Source of the DNA: Amphiscolops sp. MND2022
Taxonomy: Eukaryota
Direction of reading: 5' to 3'
Assembly (NCBI GenBank): GCA_964187785.1
Contig: OZ076410.1
Span: 31,992,001-32,056,000 of the forward strand
DNA: 64,000 bases
In this document: positions 22,367 through 35,450 of the stretch, piece after piece
How positions within the stretch are numbered: the first letter of the stretch is position 1
Layout: each line of letters begins with the position of its first letter
The notes under the pieces: generated by a model
The model's database searches: none
Told to the model about the DNA's origin: nothing
The model's input: the letters and a program-made list of their open reading frames with translations, nothing else
Program-made: the position numbers and the translations under genes

Positions 22367-23290
22367 AGTCGGCGCGTACGTAAAAGCCGACTATAGCAGT
22401 GGCGTTTTTTAAGGGACGCAATGTGGCATATTTAAGTGAAAATAATCAATACAGCCACCTGGCGACAAGTTAACCCGGATTTTCTGGAGTCTTAGAAGCA
22501 GGAGAGCGGTAGCTGGAGTCCCATTCTAAACCAAAAACTTTTCATGCTTGGAAAAGTAGAGGGGAGAACAAAGGCGCCCCTTTGAGTTTTTTTGGAACAA
22601 TTCAACTTTTTGTGAACTTTAAAAACCAAAATGCAGAAACGGAGCATTTCGCGAGCATATAATTGTTTTACGGCACAGTGCGCTTCAACGAAAATTCGTC
22701 ACAAATTTCTTATAAAATGTTTCCGGGAAAAAGTTTTTCGATTTTTTTTTGGAAATTTCCACATCTTTTGGTTTTCTCAGCTTTTCTGCAAGCAAAACCC
22801 TTTTCCTAGTCTTAAGGGTGACTCCTTTGATTCTTTCTTAGTCCGGAGGAAGTAATGAGAGTTTTCTCAATAAATGTGGAAAAACAACAGTTTCCTGTGG
22901 AGTTTGTTGTCACAATATTGCAGCTTCCGTTCAGAAAAAATTATCTGTCAAACGCTACCCCTTTCATTTTTTTAAAAAAGTAGTTTTTGGATGGAAAAAC
23001 GTTTTCAGAAATTAGAGGGTCTCCTTTTGAGTTGTTCATCACTATGCGACTTTCCCGGTATGAAAAAATATCTCGGCATTTCGGGTTTTTCAGCACTGTG
23101 AGCTTTTTTTCATTTAATCAAAGGTAGCCTCTTAGTTTCATAAATTTTTCAGTGTGAAAAGAACGTTTTGCGTCTTACGGTGGGTATCTTCACCCTGGAG
23201 GTTTCCGGCACTTTGATGAATTTTTGCATATTCAATATAATTGATTTTTTGAACCTTGAGCGGCCGCCGACTTGGGCCGTTCCCGGCTGG
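22367..23290 (+). mobile_element. Helentron/HINE-like non-autonomous repeat
   Basis: TTTT-AGTCGGCGC 5' end and (G/C)CGCCGACT-TGGGCCGTTCCCGGCTGG 3' end. Confidence 0.55.
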
Positions 23291-23646
23291 TGTAAAAGTG
23301 TTTCCGCATTGATGAAATAGAGAACAGTGGGTATCTGTATTGCTTTGTTTTTGAGACCAGTTCGATGAAAAATATAGAAGACTTCTTGGAACAAGGATCA
23401 AGTCAAGGAATATAAATATGCAAAAAAAACACCTTGAAATTTACTAAATTACAGTACCCATGGCGATGGCCTGGATCAAAAAAGCTTGAGACACAAACGC
23501 CGAACCTTAAACTTATACATTAATTTTTTTCTGGTAGCTAAACTCTCAAGATATCTTCAAACTATTTTGAAGATTTATCGGAAGTCGCACTACCAAATAC
23601 AATTGATGTAGAAATTTATGGTTTATGAACATATAGTATATGCTAT

Positions 23647-24201
23647 CCCTAGTTGAGACTGCTGAAAGTTTTTACATGCTGCAGGCCTGCATGCCTGCAT
23701 GCAGGTTATTTTTTTTATAAAACCTAGAAAATTCAGTAAGGTTCTTGTAGTAAATCTTGTAGAATTGGACTGCATTTTCCACTACTGCAATTAAATTTGA
23801 AAATATTCCCCCTTCTTTACGGACACGATCACGTTGCCTTCACACTTTATTTCCTCAACTGCTCATCTGATTTAATCACCGCTTCTCAAATAGGACGGTG
23901 GAAACGACGCTAGTTTGTTGTTTAAATTGTGAATGAAGTTAATTTGCATTAAAATGGCGGTGAAATTATTGACATGTCAGCTGCAATTAAATTAGGAATC
24001 GACGCATAATGAAACTTGCAGAACTTCACGGCTTGAAACTGCTGCCAAAACGTTGATGATTCTTTCAAGCAGCTTGGTGAAAGTTGATGACAACAGAGAG
24101 ATTTCACCGCATTGAAGTTTGCTTAAGGGTTAGAAAATCATGATAAAAGTTGCTGAGAACTCTAAAGAACATGTAAAAAGTTCAAGCATGTTCAACAAGG
24201 G
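23647..24201 (+). mobile_element. MITE-like family of about 550 bp (CCCTNGTTGA termini), copy 1
   Basis: Inverted termini CCCTAGTTGA / TCAACAAGGG flanked by TAT on both sides. Reverse copies at 26186-26735, 28966-29377 and 39856-40375. Confidence 0.75.
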
Positions 24202-25872
24202 TATGTGTTCGTAAGCCTTTGTTACCCTACTGTTATAAACTAAAAGTAAAAACGAAATATGATATTTTTCCCAATTTTTAACAACACCTAACCTCTAATA
24301 CGAATAGCAGAATGTTGTAGAAAAGGACCGACTCTAGAAAAGGACATTTGAAAAGTGGTTGATTTTTGAATCACGCAGTGGAATCAATATTTGAAAAAGC
24401 AAAAATGCGGCTCAAACGCGGGAAACTGATGACTACTGTATAACAAGTTGATCAAAATTGGCCACTGGCGACTGAAAAAAAAAACTAGAATACAAATATG
24501 TGGTTTGAATTTCTCTTCTCTTGTTTCAATCATTTTTTATAAATTTCATTTTCAGTATACCTTAGAGTGAAAAGCAAATCACAAGGTTCTTCTAATAAAT
24601 TGATGGCAATGTAATTTATTTTGAGAAAATTGTCTCCCAAATCGACGATTTGTTTTCCTATAAATCCTTGACTTTAGTCTGGACGCCTGGATACCCATCC
24701 CTAAATTTAATCAGCTCCAATCGAAAGGATAATTGCAACCAATTATGAAACTCTCAAGCCACCAGAAATTGTATAGGAAAATTAAATGCGGGAAAATTTG
24801 CAATTGTGGTTTGTTAAAAATGAAGAAAATGCAGGATTTTGATAGGACAATAATTTCACGACTGACTGTCAGCTTGGCTGTTTTTCATTTCCTAATTCCC
24901 ATCATTTATTGGTAGTGAGCGCAGGTTGGAAACTGCTTTAAAAGCTTCTCAACGCTTACTTACAGTCTCTAACTCTCCTTTTTTGTCTGAGATTCCAAAG
25001 CTTCTCTTTCCAACTAGTATGACCAATAAATAGAATAAAATATGTTCAACTCAAAATTATAAGTTTTCTTTCCATGTTTGTTAGTTAAATAAATTTGCAA
25101 TTTTGTTAATGCTCAAGAAAATTTGAACATTTCGAAAAACCAATTGTGTTTACTTAACAGAATTTTGCTTTTTGGGTTAGAAAAAACCACAAAGCTCTCA
25201 AAATAGACAAATTAGGGCGCGAGAAACAACGATGATACAATTTTCTCCAAAATTCATTTGGTAATTCAAGGAACTTTCCCCAAAAAGAACTTTGGAAAAC
25301 AGAAGAATGAAAGGTCGAAAAGATATATCGCGGAATTCCACCTGAATTAGTATCAAAACCTGGCTTTTTCTTACTTTCCTAAAAAATTTCAATCTACGGA
25401 GAAATTGTGATTTACAAGAAACACTTAACATTATTATAAAAACCGCACAAACTTCCAGACAAATATTCGATTTCTGGGAGAACAATTTTTAATTTCAATC
25501 AGGAAACTTTTTGAATTTTAAATTTTCTGTCCACAAAAATGTGTGTACCTTTCTAATTCCATCCACCCCAGCACAATTTTGGAGAAGTATCGAAGAATAT
25601 CGATGTAACTTTTTGTGTCAACCGACGAGACATCAAAATAAAGGGAATATTTGTCGTAAAAGATATCTGAAGATAATTAGTTTTTTTGAAATTCTTCACT
25701 GGAACAATTAGATTTTTGTCGGGGTTAGGGTTGAAAAAGATTGTGGAAGTTTTCTTGAATTTTCTACTCAAAAACAGAACTACTAGTTGCAAATCCTTTT
25801 TCTGAAGTAGCCGATTCATTGGTCATGCGTATGGTTGTCGTTTGATCAGAAGAAAAAAAGAAGGAAAACAGA

Positions 25873-26020
25873 ATGATGTCATACGGTCAACTGTTTGTCG
25901 CAATCAGCATGAAGTTGTTGCTGTTCAACTTGCTGATCTCCCACTGCTACTCCCAGCGGCCTCACTCGCTCCAGTCAGAACCCCTCCAAGAAAACCCACC
26001 AGACGTCGTTCTCTCCCATG
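25873..26020 (+). CDS. Candidate first exon of a host secreted protein
   Basis: MMSYGQLFVAISMKLLLFNLLISHCYS-QRP (signal-peptide-like) ending at a perfect donor G|GTAAGT (26021). No downstream exon identified. Confidence 0.3.
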
Positions 26021-26185
26021 GTAAGTTTCAACATATTTTGCAATGCCTATGCATGTCTTCCATCCTAACAATCGCTCCATCTTCCATGATAACAACTTAC
26101 GCATTATTAATTCAACCTCTGGCCAGGTCTTGACACGATATCAGAGACCACGGGTTTCTTTTCAACTTTCAATTTTTGATGTCAG

Positions 26186-26735
26186 CCCTGGTTGAAACTT
26201 CTTGAACTTTTTGCATAAACTTTAATGTCGCCAGCAACTTTTATTATGATTTTCTAAAACTCTTACGGAAACTTTAATGCGAAGATATTTACCTGTTGTA
26301 TTCGACTTTCATCAAGCTGCTTGAAAGATTCATCAAAGTTTTGGCGGCAATTTTAGTCCTTGAAGTTTTGCAGGTTTCTTAAAGAAGCTGTTCTAATTTT
26401 AAAAGCAAATAAATCGCTCTCAGTTCAACAGCCATTTTAATGCAAAATAACTTCAGTCACGTAATAAACTGCAAAGTAGCGTCATGTTTAGCGTCCTATT
26501 TGAAAAGCGGTGATCACATCAGATGAGTTGTTGAGAAAACAAAGTGTAAATACAAAGTGGTCGTGTCGGTGATGATGTTGTATTTATTTTCAAATTTAAT
26601 TGCAGTAGTGGAAAATGCAGTGTAATTCTACAAGATTTACCGCCTGCAATGTCACTGAATTTTCTAGGTTTTATAAAAAATTACCCTGCATGCAGGCCTG
26701 CAGCATGTAAAAAGTTACTGCAGTCTCAACTAGGG
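26186..26735 (-). mobile_element. CCCTNGTTGA MITE-like family, copy 2
   Basis: Reverse-complement similarity to 23647-24201 along its length, including the TGCATGCAGGCCTGCAGCATG motif. Confidence 0.75.
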
Positions 26736-27432
26736 AGAACTACTGATCACAGTATTCCAAATGTTCTGGCTATCTGTGGATTTTTAATCGAATGCAGATT
26801 TTTTCTATTTCTAGTTCAGTGCAGAGTCTTCCAGTGTTGCGATTTTGAAGAGTCTTTCAGTTTCCTAACAAAACGCCCACTGAGCAGCGGGGTATTTTTA
26901 GCCCCGAACTATTTTAGTGAAGACATGTCTTTAAAGCTCGAACGTAGACAAGTTTTGGTTATCCTATCCTTTATTAAAAACATTCAATATTTCTCTAAAA
27001 AACTTTATGCTGAATTGGTAATTCTTGTTGAAAACTGTGGAACTTGAAAAGTGAGAAAATTTTGACGCTTGTTTGTTTCCTTGATACCCGCTGTCTTCTC
27101 AAGAGAAATATTTTTCACATACAAGTAAATCCTGTTAAAAAATTGTTGAAACCTGGATACTCAAGGTCAGAAGAAATCCAAAAATTGTAGGCAAACTGCA
27201 TGAAACAGTTGATAGTTGAGAAGAAAGAGGAACAGAGTACCTCTGCTGTGTGGAGACCGAATGAGCACTGTGCATTTCGTGCATTTCTAAACTGGTGCTA
27301 TTCCCGGATACTATTTCTATATAGCAAGTTACAGAGTCATACTTGCAGCCAAATTGTCAAGCGATTGTGTGATTTCAAAGTAACTTCCTCAAATATTTGA
27401 AGGTCTAATACCACGCTGTAATTTGTTTTCTT

Positions 27433-28058
27433 CGAATGTGGCAGATTTCGTCCCAGACAGATTTCGTCCCACGTCGAATTTTGACAGATTTCGTCCCAAA
27501 CAGATTTCGTCCCATTTTTAACAGATTTCGTCCCATTCTAGACAAATTTCGTCCCATTCTAGACAAATTTCGTCCCATTTTTGACAGATTTTGTCCCGGA
27601 TTACGGGAAATTATTCTATGCTATACACAAAATTAAACGCTAATCGGTATAATCAATTCGGTGATTCTTCATTCGGTGCTGTTACAGCCAATACGTATGG
27701 AACTTGATTTTTTTGAAGAGGTTAGCATATGTTTTGTATGACTCGGTCGCTTCTCTCCCTTCGCCAAGTAGCAACATTGAGGCATGGTCATATGGCACGT
27801 GGCTCCGCTTCGCTTCGCTCCTGCATTTAGGGCACTAGGGGTATGTGAACATAGCTGACTACGTTATAATAATTATTTGGGACGAAATCTGTCAAAAATG
27901 GGACAAATACTGTTTTAATGTTAAAAAATGGGACGAAATCTGTGTGGGACGAAATCTGTGTGGGACGAAATCTGTGTGGGACGAAATCTGTGTGGGACGA
28001 AATCTGTCAAAATTCCACGTGGGACGAAATCTGTTTGGGACGAAATCTGTCACTCCCG
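27433..28058. mobile_element. Foldback element with tandem CAGATTTCGTCCCA arms
   Basis: Left arm repeats CAGATTTCGTCCCA and right arm repeats TGGGACGAAATCTG. The flanks share GTTTTCT. Confidence 0.8.
27676..27877 (-). repeat. GCGAAGC-containing repeat of about 200 bp (copy 1)
   Basis: Reverse complement of 30863-31060. Ends are AATAATTATT and the hairpin GCTGTAACAGC. Confidence 0.8.
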
Positions 28059-28965
28059 TTTTCTCGTTTGCACCGTCGAAGACGTTTTGTTGCTCATGAT
28101 CATACACGTAAGCTAAAACAGAAGTGCAGTGGTGAGTTGAGAGCGATTCAAACATTCATACTGCACAAACACAATCGTAAGGCTGTGATAGTCCTACACC
28201 ATGATCCCTGAAGTTACAACTTGACATCATTTTACATGGTTTACAAAATTTTTTTGTTTCTCAGGTTCTTCAACCGAAAGTTTGCCAAGTAGCCTAGTAT
28301 TCCTTTAATATGGTTTTCATTTCTGGATTTAGCTACCCACCGAATCCAAAGTCGTTTTAAAACATCGAAAAACAATAGAATTTTGAAGTTTCGTTTTAAC
28401 ATTTATTTTTCTGACTGAAAATTAGCTTCCTTTTGAATGGTTTGCTAAAAAGGAGCTAAATAAGTCGTCTTTTAGATCTAGATCTTCTTCTAAGTTGGAC
28501 AAAGGCAGCAGTTGAGTTCAATTCACGCAATTCTTATGAGAAAAACTGAATCGTTTTCCAAAACAAGTCTCACAATGTTTGTATTTGAACTATGCGAACA
28601 TTCACGATGAAAAACTGCTACCATTACACCAAATTAATATCAAATGGTCAAAAATTTCAATTGTAAACAATTTCAGTTCTGTTTTAAGTTTTTTTGTGAC
28701 TTTTGAAAGTATGAACGTAATATTTGGCTCATTGAAAAGCTTGCTGGAAGTGTGAATGTTTTTTTTTCGGACAGTGTGATTCTTCATGACCACCAAAACA
28801 ATTGAAAAATGAACAGAAATTGCATCTAAGTAAAAACTGGAAGAAGTTTTGCTTTCCGTGGCCGTATTCATTCGATTATTTCATCCAAAAATCCTAAGTG
28901 ATAGTCATTTTTTCATGGTTGAATTTGAGATTTTTTTATTTCACAGGACCAATCGATAAGTGTAG

Positions 28966-29377
28966 CCTGGTTGAATCTGCTTGACTTTTTTGCATGTACT
29001 TTAATGTTGCCAGAAATGATTTCCTAAAACTCTTACAGAAACTTAAAAGCAAATAAGTTGCTATCACTTTTACTGCTAATTTAATGCCAAATAATCTCCG
29101 TCGCGAAATAAACCGCAAATTAGCGTCATGTTCTGCGTGCTCTTTGAGAAGCGGTGATCACATCAGCTAAGTTGTTGAGAAAACATTGTGTGAATGCAAA
29201 GGGATCGAGTCGGTAATGAAGTGGAAATTATTTTCAAAAGTATTGCAGTAGTAGAAAAAGCAGTGTAGTCGTAGATGATTTACCTCCCGAATATCACTGA
29301 ATTTTCTATGTTTTATAGAAAATGACCCTACATGGAGGCCTGCAGCATGTTAAAAGTTCCTGCAGTTTCAGCTAGGG
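28966..29377 (-). mobile_element. CCCTNGTTGA MITE-like family, internally deleted copy 3
   Basis: Shares both ends and internal motifs with 26186-26735. Confidence 0.65.
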
Positions 29378-29524
29378 TACTGCGATTAAATTGCCGAAAA
29401 ATTGAGTTTTTCATGCTTTTGTGTGGTCATTTTGATGTTTTTTCTCAACGTAAATTTTTGGGATGCTTTTAGTAGAAGCGCATGGGATAACTAGTTGTTT
29501 CGTCATTCAACTTTGTGGATCATA

Positions 29525-30669
29525 CATTATTGTTCACTAAAGCGATTGACAAATGCAATCTCAAGCAAAATTAACAACCAGTCAGTTGTTACTTCATTCG
29601 TTTGAAACTTCATGTGAGAAATGGTCAAACAAACAGATTCACACCTTGTTGCTCAAGTTAAAATTCTCAGAGATGAAGGGCTTACCTTCCAAGTCATATC
29701 TGAGAAACTTGGTCCTAGAAATCGGCAAGCAGCGTTTAGCGCCTATTCCCGGTAGCTCAGAAATTCGTCCTATGAACCAAGAAAGCCTCCCGGAAGACCA
29801 TCAAAGCTAACTGACAGAGAGAAAAGGCAACTTGTATCAATTTCTCGGGGTCAACCATTCCTCTCATTCAGCAAAGTAAAGAACATTTACAACAGTTTTT
29901 CTCCCCGTACAGCAATTGGAAGGTACTTGGTTAGAAAAATTTTGAAAAAATACAATTTACGAAGACGAAGTGCTGCAAAAGCGCTCCAATTGGCAAGAAT
30001 ACAGCGACAAAATAGAGTTGACTGGTGCAGACGTCGTTTTTCATGGTCTGTGGAGCAGTGGCGTCATTTTTTCAGATGAAGTCCGTTTTTGTCTGAGAAG
30101 TGACGGAATTGTCAAAGTTTGGAGACTCCAGCACAGACGGTTCGACCCCCGATACACGGTGAAAAAATCAAAAGATCGAAGATCCATGATGTTCTGGGGG
30201 TACATTCGCCACGACGGGTACCGCCTTCTCCTGAGATGTCCCGAACCATTCACTAGTAGTGATTATCTAATTTTTTTGGAAATCGCTAAAACCGCTATGA
30301 TTGGGGGAAATTTCATTTTCCAAGACGATAACTGCCCTGTACATAGAAGTCATGCCGTCTAAGAATGGTTCCACATCTCCAATGTACCAATTATCACTTG
30401 GCCCCCTTACAGCCCGGACCTAAACCCAATCGAAAATGTATGGGCCTTTATGAAAAAGAGACTGTCTCAGGAAGTGAGAACCTGGGAAACCTTGGAAGCA
30501 GATGTATGGGAGACATGGAATTCAATCCTTCAAACCTTTATAGACTCACTTTTTTGTTCTAGGCCCCGTAGAATTAGAAAATGCCTCCAAAATCGTGGAT
30601 CTATAATAAATTATTGATCCCTACTTTTTTAAAATTCGGACTTGTCAACAACTTTAGTGAACAATAGTG
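29525..30669 (+). mobile_element. Tc1-family DNA transposon (1145 bp), defective
   Basis: TIRs CA(T/C)TATTGTTCACTAAAG...TTGACAA with a TA duplication on both sides. Confidence 0.9.
29670..30617 (+). pseudogene. Tc1 transposase, DD34E, with stops and frameshifts
   Basis: FSDEVRF, MMFWGYI, FQDDNCPVH, WPPYSPDLNPIENVW. 34 residues lie between the second D and the E, with an in-frame TAA inside that span. Confidence 0.9.
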
Positions 30670-30772
30670 TATAATCTATACACTTTCTAAAACTGTTCAA
30701 AAAAAACGAAAACGATTGAACATTAAAAAAATTTGTTGTACATTCTTGGATCTTTTTTCTCGAAAAAAATTG

Positions 30773-31210
30773 GGTACTCCTGACTAAGTGTGGTCCCAAG
30801 CAATTTCTTCTTACTAAGTGTGGTCCCTAAAATGTAAAAGTGGTCCCTGCATATTTTGTCAGAATAATTATTATAACGTAGTCAGCTCTGTTCACCTACC
30901 CCTAGTGAACTAAATGAAGGAGCAAAGCGAAGCGGAGTGACGTGCCCTATGGCCATGCCTAAATGTTGCTACTTGGCGAAGGGAGCGAAGCGACCGAGCC
31001 ACACAACAAATATGCTAACCTCTTCAAATCAAGTTCCATACACATTGGCTGTAACAGCACTAAAATCTATTAAATTGAATTCTGCTGTTTTGAACTACAT
31101 GTAATGTTTGCTTTACGTTGGCTATTCTAAATTTGCTAGGGACCAAACTTAGTCAGGAGTTTCCAGGCCGGCTGCATAAATTTTGTAGGGCACACTTAGT
31201 CAGGAGTACC
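30773..31210. mobile_element. MITE with perfect 20-bp TIR and 8-bp TSD
   Basis: TIR GGTACTCCTGACTAAGTGTG, TSD AAAAATTG (30765-30772 and 31211-31218), subterminal CTAAGTGTGGTCCC repeats. Confidence 0.85.
30863..31060 (+). repeat. GCGAAGC-containing repeat of about 200 bp (copy 2)
   Basis: Reverse complement of 27676-27877, embedded in the MITE at 30773-31210. Confidence 0.8.
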
Positions 31211-31509
31211 AAAAATTGAATTACTCTACAAGTACATGCGCTATGAACCTAATGCTATGGCAGTTGGATTCGGTGGAAGAACGTTTGTACCTTGGGCTTC
31301 GAACTGAAACAGGGCAAAAATAGAAAATAGAAAGGAAACGCGACAGTTCGTAATTTTCTATTCACATATGGAATACTTGTTTGAATTATTTTGAAATATT
31401 TTTCGGTCAAGAAACCTGTAAATATGATTATACATCGCCTTATGCCGTGGTAAGTACCATATTGCACATCATTTTTTAAAAGAACATCCATCTCTTTGAG
31501 TTAATTTTT

Positions 31510-32168
31510 AGTCGGCGCTTTGTAACATAAAACGCGACAATAACAGTGGCTTCTCATCGTGTTTCTGTTTCAATCCGGTCGAAGTGACAATTTTCATTCC
31601 GAATGCAAAAATTTCACGAAATTTCAATGAAATAGCAAACTATTCGGAACGGTCCTCCTTCTGAAATTGTGACATTATTTTTTTCAATTGAAAAAATATG
31701 AGTATTTCTTTCGGTTCTGTAAAACTCTTTTCCGGAAAAAAAATCAATTTTTCAAAAGCGTCCTTGTTAGGTGTTTTTATATTTTTGGATTGGAAAAAGC
31801 GTTTTTAAGCCCAAAGGCTGTACGACCTCTTTTTCAAAATTTTTCCAAAGCGTCTGGTTTGTTTGGTTCGTTTAGTTATAAAATAACCTTTTCAAGACCA
31901 ACGGGTCCCCGGGTTTTTTCGACACCATGCGACTTCTTTTTTGGGAAAAATATTATTTCACAAAATTGTTCTCGTTTTGGGGTTTTGATGTTTTTGGTGG
32001 GGAAAGAGGCAGAAAAGCTTTGGTTTTTTGATCTTTCTAGTGATAGTACTTTGGTTATTTGGTACTTTGAGTGTGGGAATTTATTCAAAAAAGAAACCTT
32101 GACGCTTTGAACATCTTGCTTTTTTGAGCTTTAAGCGGGGCGCCGACTTATGACATTCCCAGCTTGTT
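31510..32168 (+). mobile_element. Helentron/HINE-like non-autonomous repeat
   Basis: TTTT-AGTCGGCGC (31510) and GCGCCGACT-TATGACATTCCCAGCTTGTT (32140-32168). Confidence 0.55.
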
Positions 32169-32280
32169 CTCTTTAATCCCACCCTCTTATTTTTCATTTT
32201 AGAAAACCCGAACAAAAACACATGGAAAAATAGTACAAAAAAGTTGTTTCTTTTATTTCGTTGTTACTTAAGTATACTTA

Positions 32281-32620
32281 AATTCAAACATATGAAACGT
32301 TAGCAAAGCAACATTATTTATCATTACTGTGAAATTCATGGTTATTTGCTGCCGGAAACTTATCGTGATTTAAACATTTTGGAGACCCATGATTATGGTT
32401 GAGGCCTTTTCGCGCAGCTTGAATACGCAAAATCTGTCCTATGATCGAAAAAATCTGTGCAAACAGGAGGAATAAAAGTAACGATACATTCATTATAATG
32501 GGTCATAGTCATGGGTCTCCAAAATGTTTAAATCACGATAAGTTTCCGGCAGCAAATAACCATGAATTTCACAGTAATGATAAATAATGTTGCTTTGCTA
32601 ACGTTTCATATGTTTGAATT
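32281..32620. repeat. Perfect 112-bp inverted repeat with a 116-bp spacer
   Basis: 32281-32392 is the exact reverse complement of 32509-32620. Confidence 0.95.
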
Positions 32621-33699
32621 ACACCGCGGTATTTTATTAGTTGAACTACTCGCGGGCAATGTATATGAATTAGGTTATTTAAATTAAGTATAAATTATCT
32701 GAATTAATTAAACTATAGCATTTCAAAAAATAAAGTAAAAAATAATTATAATAATAATAAAGTTATGTGCCGGCATCAGAACAATGGCTGCGGTTGAACA
32801 GTTCAACCTTCATATATGTATTTTGATTCTGTTGGGATTACCAATTGCTATTTTAGCAAAAACGTTTTAAAACTTTTTTTTGTATGGAAATTCACTATCA
32901 ATAAACTGATCGAGGGTTTGTTATCACTACAACTGTTCATCTTTTTGAGGCGCCCGGAGCTGTGATCTTGAGAAACGAAACACATGATAACATCAACGAC
33001 AAAAATTTCAATCCTGATTCTCGTAATTTGTGGTCAAAGATACTTTAAGGCACTTTTGCGAGAAAAAAGTCTGTTTCTAGAGCCCGACTGACGAAACAAA
33101 CCCGAGTTTTAAAAATAGTCAAAATGGGATCTTTTTGAAAACCTTTTTTAGTCCACAAGTGTCACTCAGAAGCTATTTAGTCTTTACTCATTTCAATAAT
33201 GGAAAGAGTATTCCAGAATTTGGCGTCACCTGTGAGCGAAAAGTTCACTCCGAGAAGGCGATTGTGGTAGAGCTGAAGATGTCATGTCAAAAGAGTTGTG
33301 TGATCATAGTTAAGTATGTATTTGTCAACAACCTGTCAATTTTGGCATAACATCAAGATACGAACTCAATTCACAGTCTCATTTCCATTCTCTTCCAACA
33401 TTACTGCGAAGTTTATTAGTCGTTACCATGTTGCTGCGAGCAATTGATGAAGAAAACTCCAATTCACCACTTCTAGGCCTACTTCTGGCAAGAGGCAGAA
33501 AAACCCCATTTACAAGTGGGAGCGACGGGCGCAATTGGTTGCGGTGCGGTGTTGGCTCACCATTTAATTTCAATAACAAAAGGCAATCATCCGACCAGCA
33601 AAGCCCCGAGTAGCAGCATTGATGAGAAAACTGGAAGAACCCGCAAAAAGAAAGGTAACAAGTGTGTTATACATTTCAATTGGGATAAAGGCCAGCAAG

Positions 33700-35450
33700 A
33701 TGTCTTAATGGACAAACTTCATATCGCCATAGGTTTTAATCTCGCAAACAAAGCTCACAGAATATTTCACAGTTTTAGGAAACTTTTGAACGATCCAGAG
33801 GAAAAATACGATTTCGGAAATCAATGAGAAGGCCTACAGTATATGTCATCTTTGTACAAAATATCAAAAAAAGAAATTCGAAAAAAGCTCTATACAGAGC
33901 CAAAAGATAATCCAGGGGAAGCTCTCATTATTCACAATTGCTTTCGAAAACAAACAGAAGAGACCAAAAAATTATTAGAACATAAATCAAGAGCCAAACA
34001 TGTATGTTTGCTCAAAATGTGGCAATTGACAGATAGACATGACACGAGAGAATGCTGGAGATGCAGTGCTGGAAACTTCACGCTAAACCATCTAAAGAGG
34101 TGCAAAGAACCGGACGCCATGTGTAACTACTGCAGTAGAAAATGTCATCTGGAGCGTGTATGTAGTCAGAAAAAGAACACAAGGTACAGGCACAAACCAG
34201 CAATTTGGCAAATCCAGAGGAAGTGGCAATTGAGTGCAATTAGTCGATCAAGATGAATATGACGAAGAAAATGAAAATTGCATGTACCTGGAAGTTGAGA
34301 ACAGATTGGTGAGGAAATTTCGCTTGACATTTCCGGTGCATTTCAAACTTTTTATCAAAGAAAAGTTTTCGTTAGTATCCGTTGATAACAATTCTGAAAG
34401 GCCAGATCCGTTGTTTTTACCAAATCCACTGCTGAAAAATTGATCGGGTTGTTGGAAGAATATAAAGCTGCAATGGCGTTCGGAAACGAACTAGAACAGA
34501 TCTAGGAACAGTGTTTAGGAATTTCAAGCTGTTTTGCAATCCAGCATGTATCTTGTCCAGTGAGAGACCATGGAGGAAATGGAAAAGTAGACAGCAAGAA
34601 GGGTGAATTAACGGCTTGAAAGAAGTTTTGATATAACGTGACAAAAGTGAGATTTGAAACAAACTTTTAAAATCGCGCACAGAAAAAGATTCAGGTGGTA
34701 AGTCAGGTTTTGAAAGGCAAGTCAGAGAATATACTAAAACCTCATATGAACGAAAAGTGTATTTTAGAACAAGATCCTCAAACTGAAAGATTTAAGCGAA
34801 GACGCGGACTCAGCCGTCTTTATTCGTGAGAGGGTAAGTGGAACAAAGCCTGAAAGGTCCCTAAAAATCAAAATAAAATTTGTGGACCAATGAAACCACA
34901 CCCCACAATTTTGCCCAAGTCCGAAAGAGCACCATGTTCTCAAAATGGGATGTCGCAGTGGGTTAAGAAACGACGCGACACAGAAAATTGCCAGGTTAAA
35001 ACAAATTAGGAAAGCGGGAGTAAAAGCCAAAGATGGGACAAGCGACAACATCGAGAAAAACCCAAAAGAAAGAAAATCGACAATTCATCCAAGACAGTAG
35101 TGATGAAATGGGGCAGCAACCGAAAGAAAGCCGAATGTTGGAATCCAGTGAAGGCTAATGGGAAACGAAGCTCGACAAGCCAAGACAACACCATGCAAGA
35201 AAGTGATACTCCGGAAGAATTTACAGAAAGGGAAGTGAATGTGGAAGATTATGGAGTGGACAAGCAGCTGTCGAAACATTGAACATCCTCTTGAAGATCC
35301 ACAAAATGGGAGACAAAATTTGCAGGTCAGAGATAGTATCGAAGAAACCCGATCAATAGGGATATATAACAGTGAGGTAACATCCAGTCAAGAAGTAACT
35401 AGTCTACCAAGTGAATTGGAGATATCTAACCGGAATATCAAGTGAACAGG
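33700..35450 (+). pseudogene. Heavily decayed, deleted Gypsy internal region (gag knuckle and pol remnants)
   Basis: CWRCSAGNFTLNHLKRC and CNYCSRKCHLERVC (CX2CX4HX4C) in ORF 33843-34256, with many stops downstream. Confidence 0.55.

Noticed and set aside
27440-28050. CRISPR-like arrays (also 15539-16060 and 48457-48790)
   Set aside because: The units are head-to-tail without unique spacers, there are no cas genes, and the context is eukaryotic.
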